A stretch of 63,963 nt of DNA, the filler included, from Basidioascus undulatus (lineage: Eukaryota): assembly GCA_000826855.1 (NCBI GenBank). It is 3 parts of 3 records of this genome, joined end to end, with 100 filler letters (N's around TTAATTAATTAA, not from the genome) between each part and the next. Parts side by side here need not be neighbours in the genome. Positions count along the whole stretch, not along the records: positions 44,465 to 63,963 come from JTLS01000414.1; 2 more parts are not named here. One strand, written 5' to 3'. This document shows positions 63,260 through 63,963 of this stretch, piece by piece. The notes under the pieces are model-generated. The model saw only the letters and a program-made list of their open reading frames with translations. It made no database searches and had not been told where the DNA came from. How positions within the stretch are numbered: the first letter of the stretch is position 1; every line of letters starts with the position of its first letter. Both the position numbers and the translations under genes were made by a program.

Positions 63260-63963
63260 TCACGTCGGCGCCGCATCTGGGACGGGGATCCAGCTGGTCC
63301 TGGGCGTCGTGCGGAGCGGGATGTCGGCCTCGACGTTGTTCGGCCTCCATTGGGAGGGGTTGCTGGGAGCGATATTGGTTATCTTCGTGCCATCCCACGC
63401 ACGTCAGCGCCAAGCAATTAGGTAGGTCTGGAGGCAGGGAACAGCGTACCCTGTACCGCTTCCCCTCCTTGAGCGCGCCCTCCCCAAGGCGCAGCGCGTC
63501 CCACACGTGCAGCAGCCCCGTGCGCGTGCGCGGCCTGCTGAGCGCCCGCGCGTCCTCGAAGCGGACGATGCGGAAGTTGCGGGTTTGGCGCTGGGGGCGG
63601 GCGGGCTATGCGGGCAGGGCGTCTCGCACGTCAGCCTCAGGCGGTCAGGGACTGATGGAACAGGGATGAGAAACGTACTTGGAAAGAGTCGTTAGTCGTC
63701 TCGGGGCGCTCGCGGACGCGGCGGCGCGCGCACTGCGCGAGCTGCGCGGCGTGCGGCTTGGGCAGCGCATGGATGAAGGCGGCCTTGTCGTCGGCGTCGA
63801 CGAGGTCGTCGAGCGTGTCGTCCGGGGTGTCCAGGAGTGCATCTTCCCCATCATCCTCCCATCAGCCCAGTCACACTCACAACGAGAACCCAGCGCGCGA
63901 CTCACCGGGATCCACCCCCTTGATCCCCACCCCCCTAGCACCTCCCGACCTCAGCCTTCCTCG
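63260..63963 (-). CDS. BRCA2 homolog (Brh2-like), C-terminal OB-fold exons; 5' part outside the window
   Basis: Spliced translation PQRQTRNFRIVRFEDAR...TGLLHVWDALRLGEGALKEGKRYR|ITNIAP...LRTTPRTSW matches the BRCA2/Brh2 OB pattern (L-x-VW...L-x-EG-x-RY-x-I-x-N...T-x-x-T-x-W). Stop at 63260. Confidence 0.75.

Noticed and set aside
63600..63680. Apparent in-frame TAG in the Brh2-like gene
   Set aside because: The TAG is the 3' acceptor of an intron (GTACGT donor, GCTGAC branch site). The spliced frame is open.

Overview
Intron-rich fungal genomic DNA, most likely from a basidiomycete (short GT-AG introns, CTRAC branch sites, basidiomycete-type DUF6534 and Brh2 genes). The window is three contigs joined by two identical artificial 100-bp spacers (44 N + TTAATTAATTAA + 44 N at 22170-22269 and 44365-44464). 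Apparently intact genes: an MFS transporter, a Gyp2/Mdr1-like Rab GAP, an F-box-like protein, Hsp110/Sse1, a PTS1-bearing quinone oxidoreductase, a DUF6534 membrane protein, a secreted GMC oxidoreductase, PEX19, an amino-acid permease and an intron-containing tRNA-Gln(UUG). Partial genes cut by gaps or the window edge: an SreA/Urbs1-like GATA factor, aspartate aminotransferase and a BRCA2/Brh2 homolog. The most striking feature is pervasive pseudogenisation. Six of seven F-box-like paralogs are broken, as are a divergently paired FAD monooxygenase and UNC-93-like MFS gene, a secreted PEBP with a GPI-like tail and an Ayr1-like SDR, all interleaved with intact housekeeping genes. I found no clearly new biological system. 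All calls come from manual translation and motif recognition, and exon coordinates are approximate.
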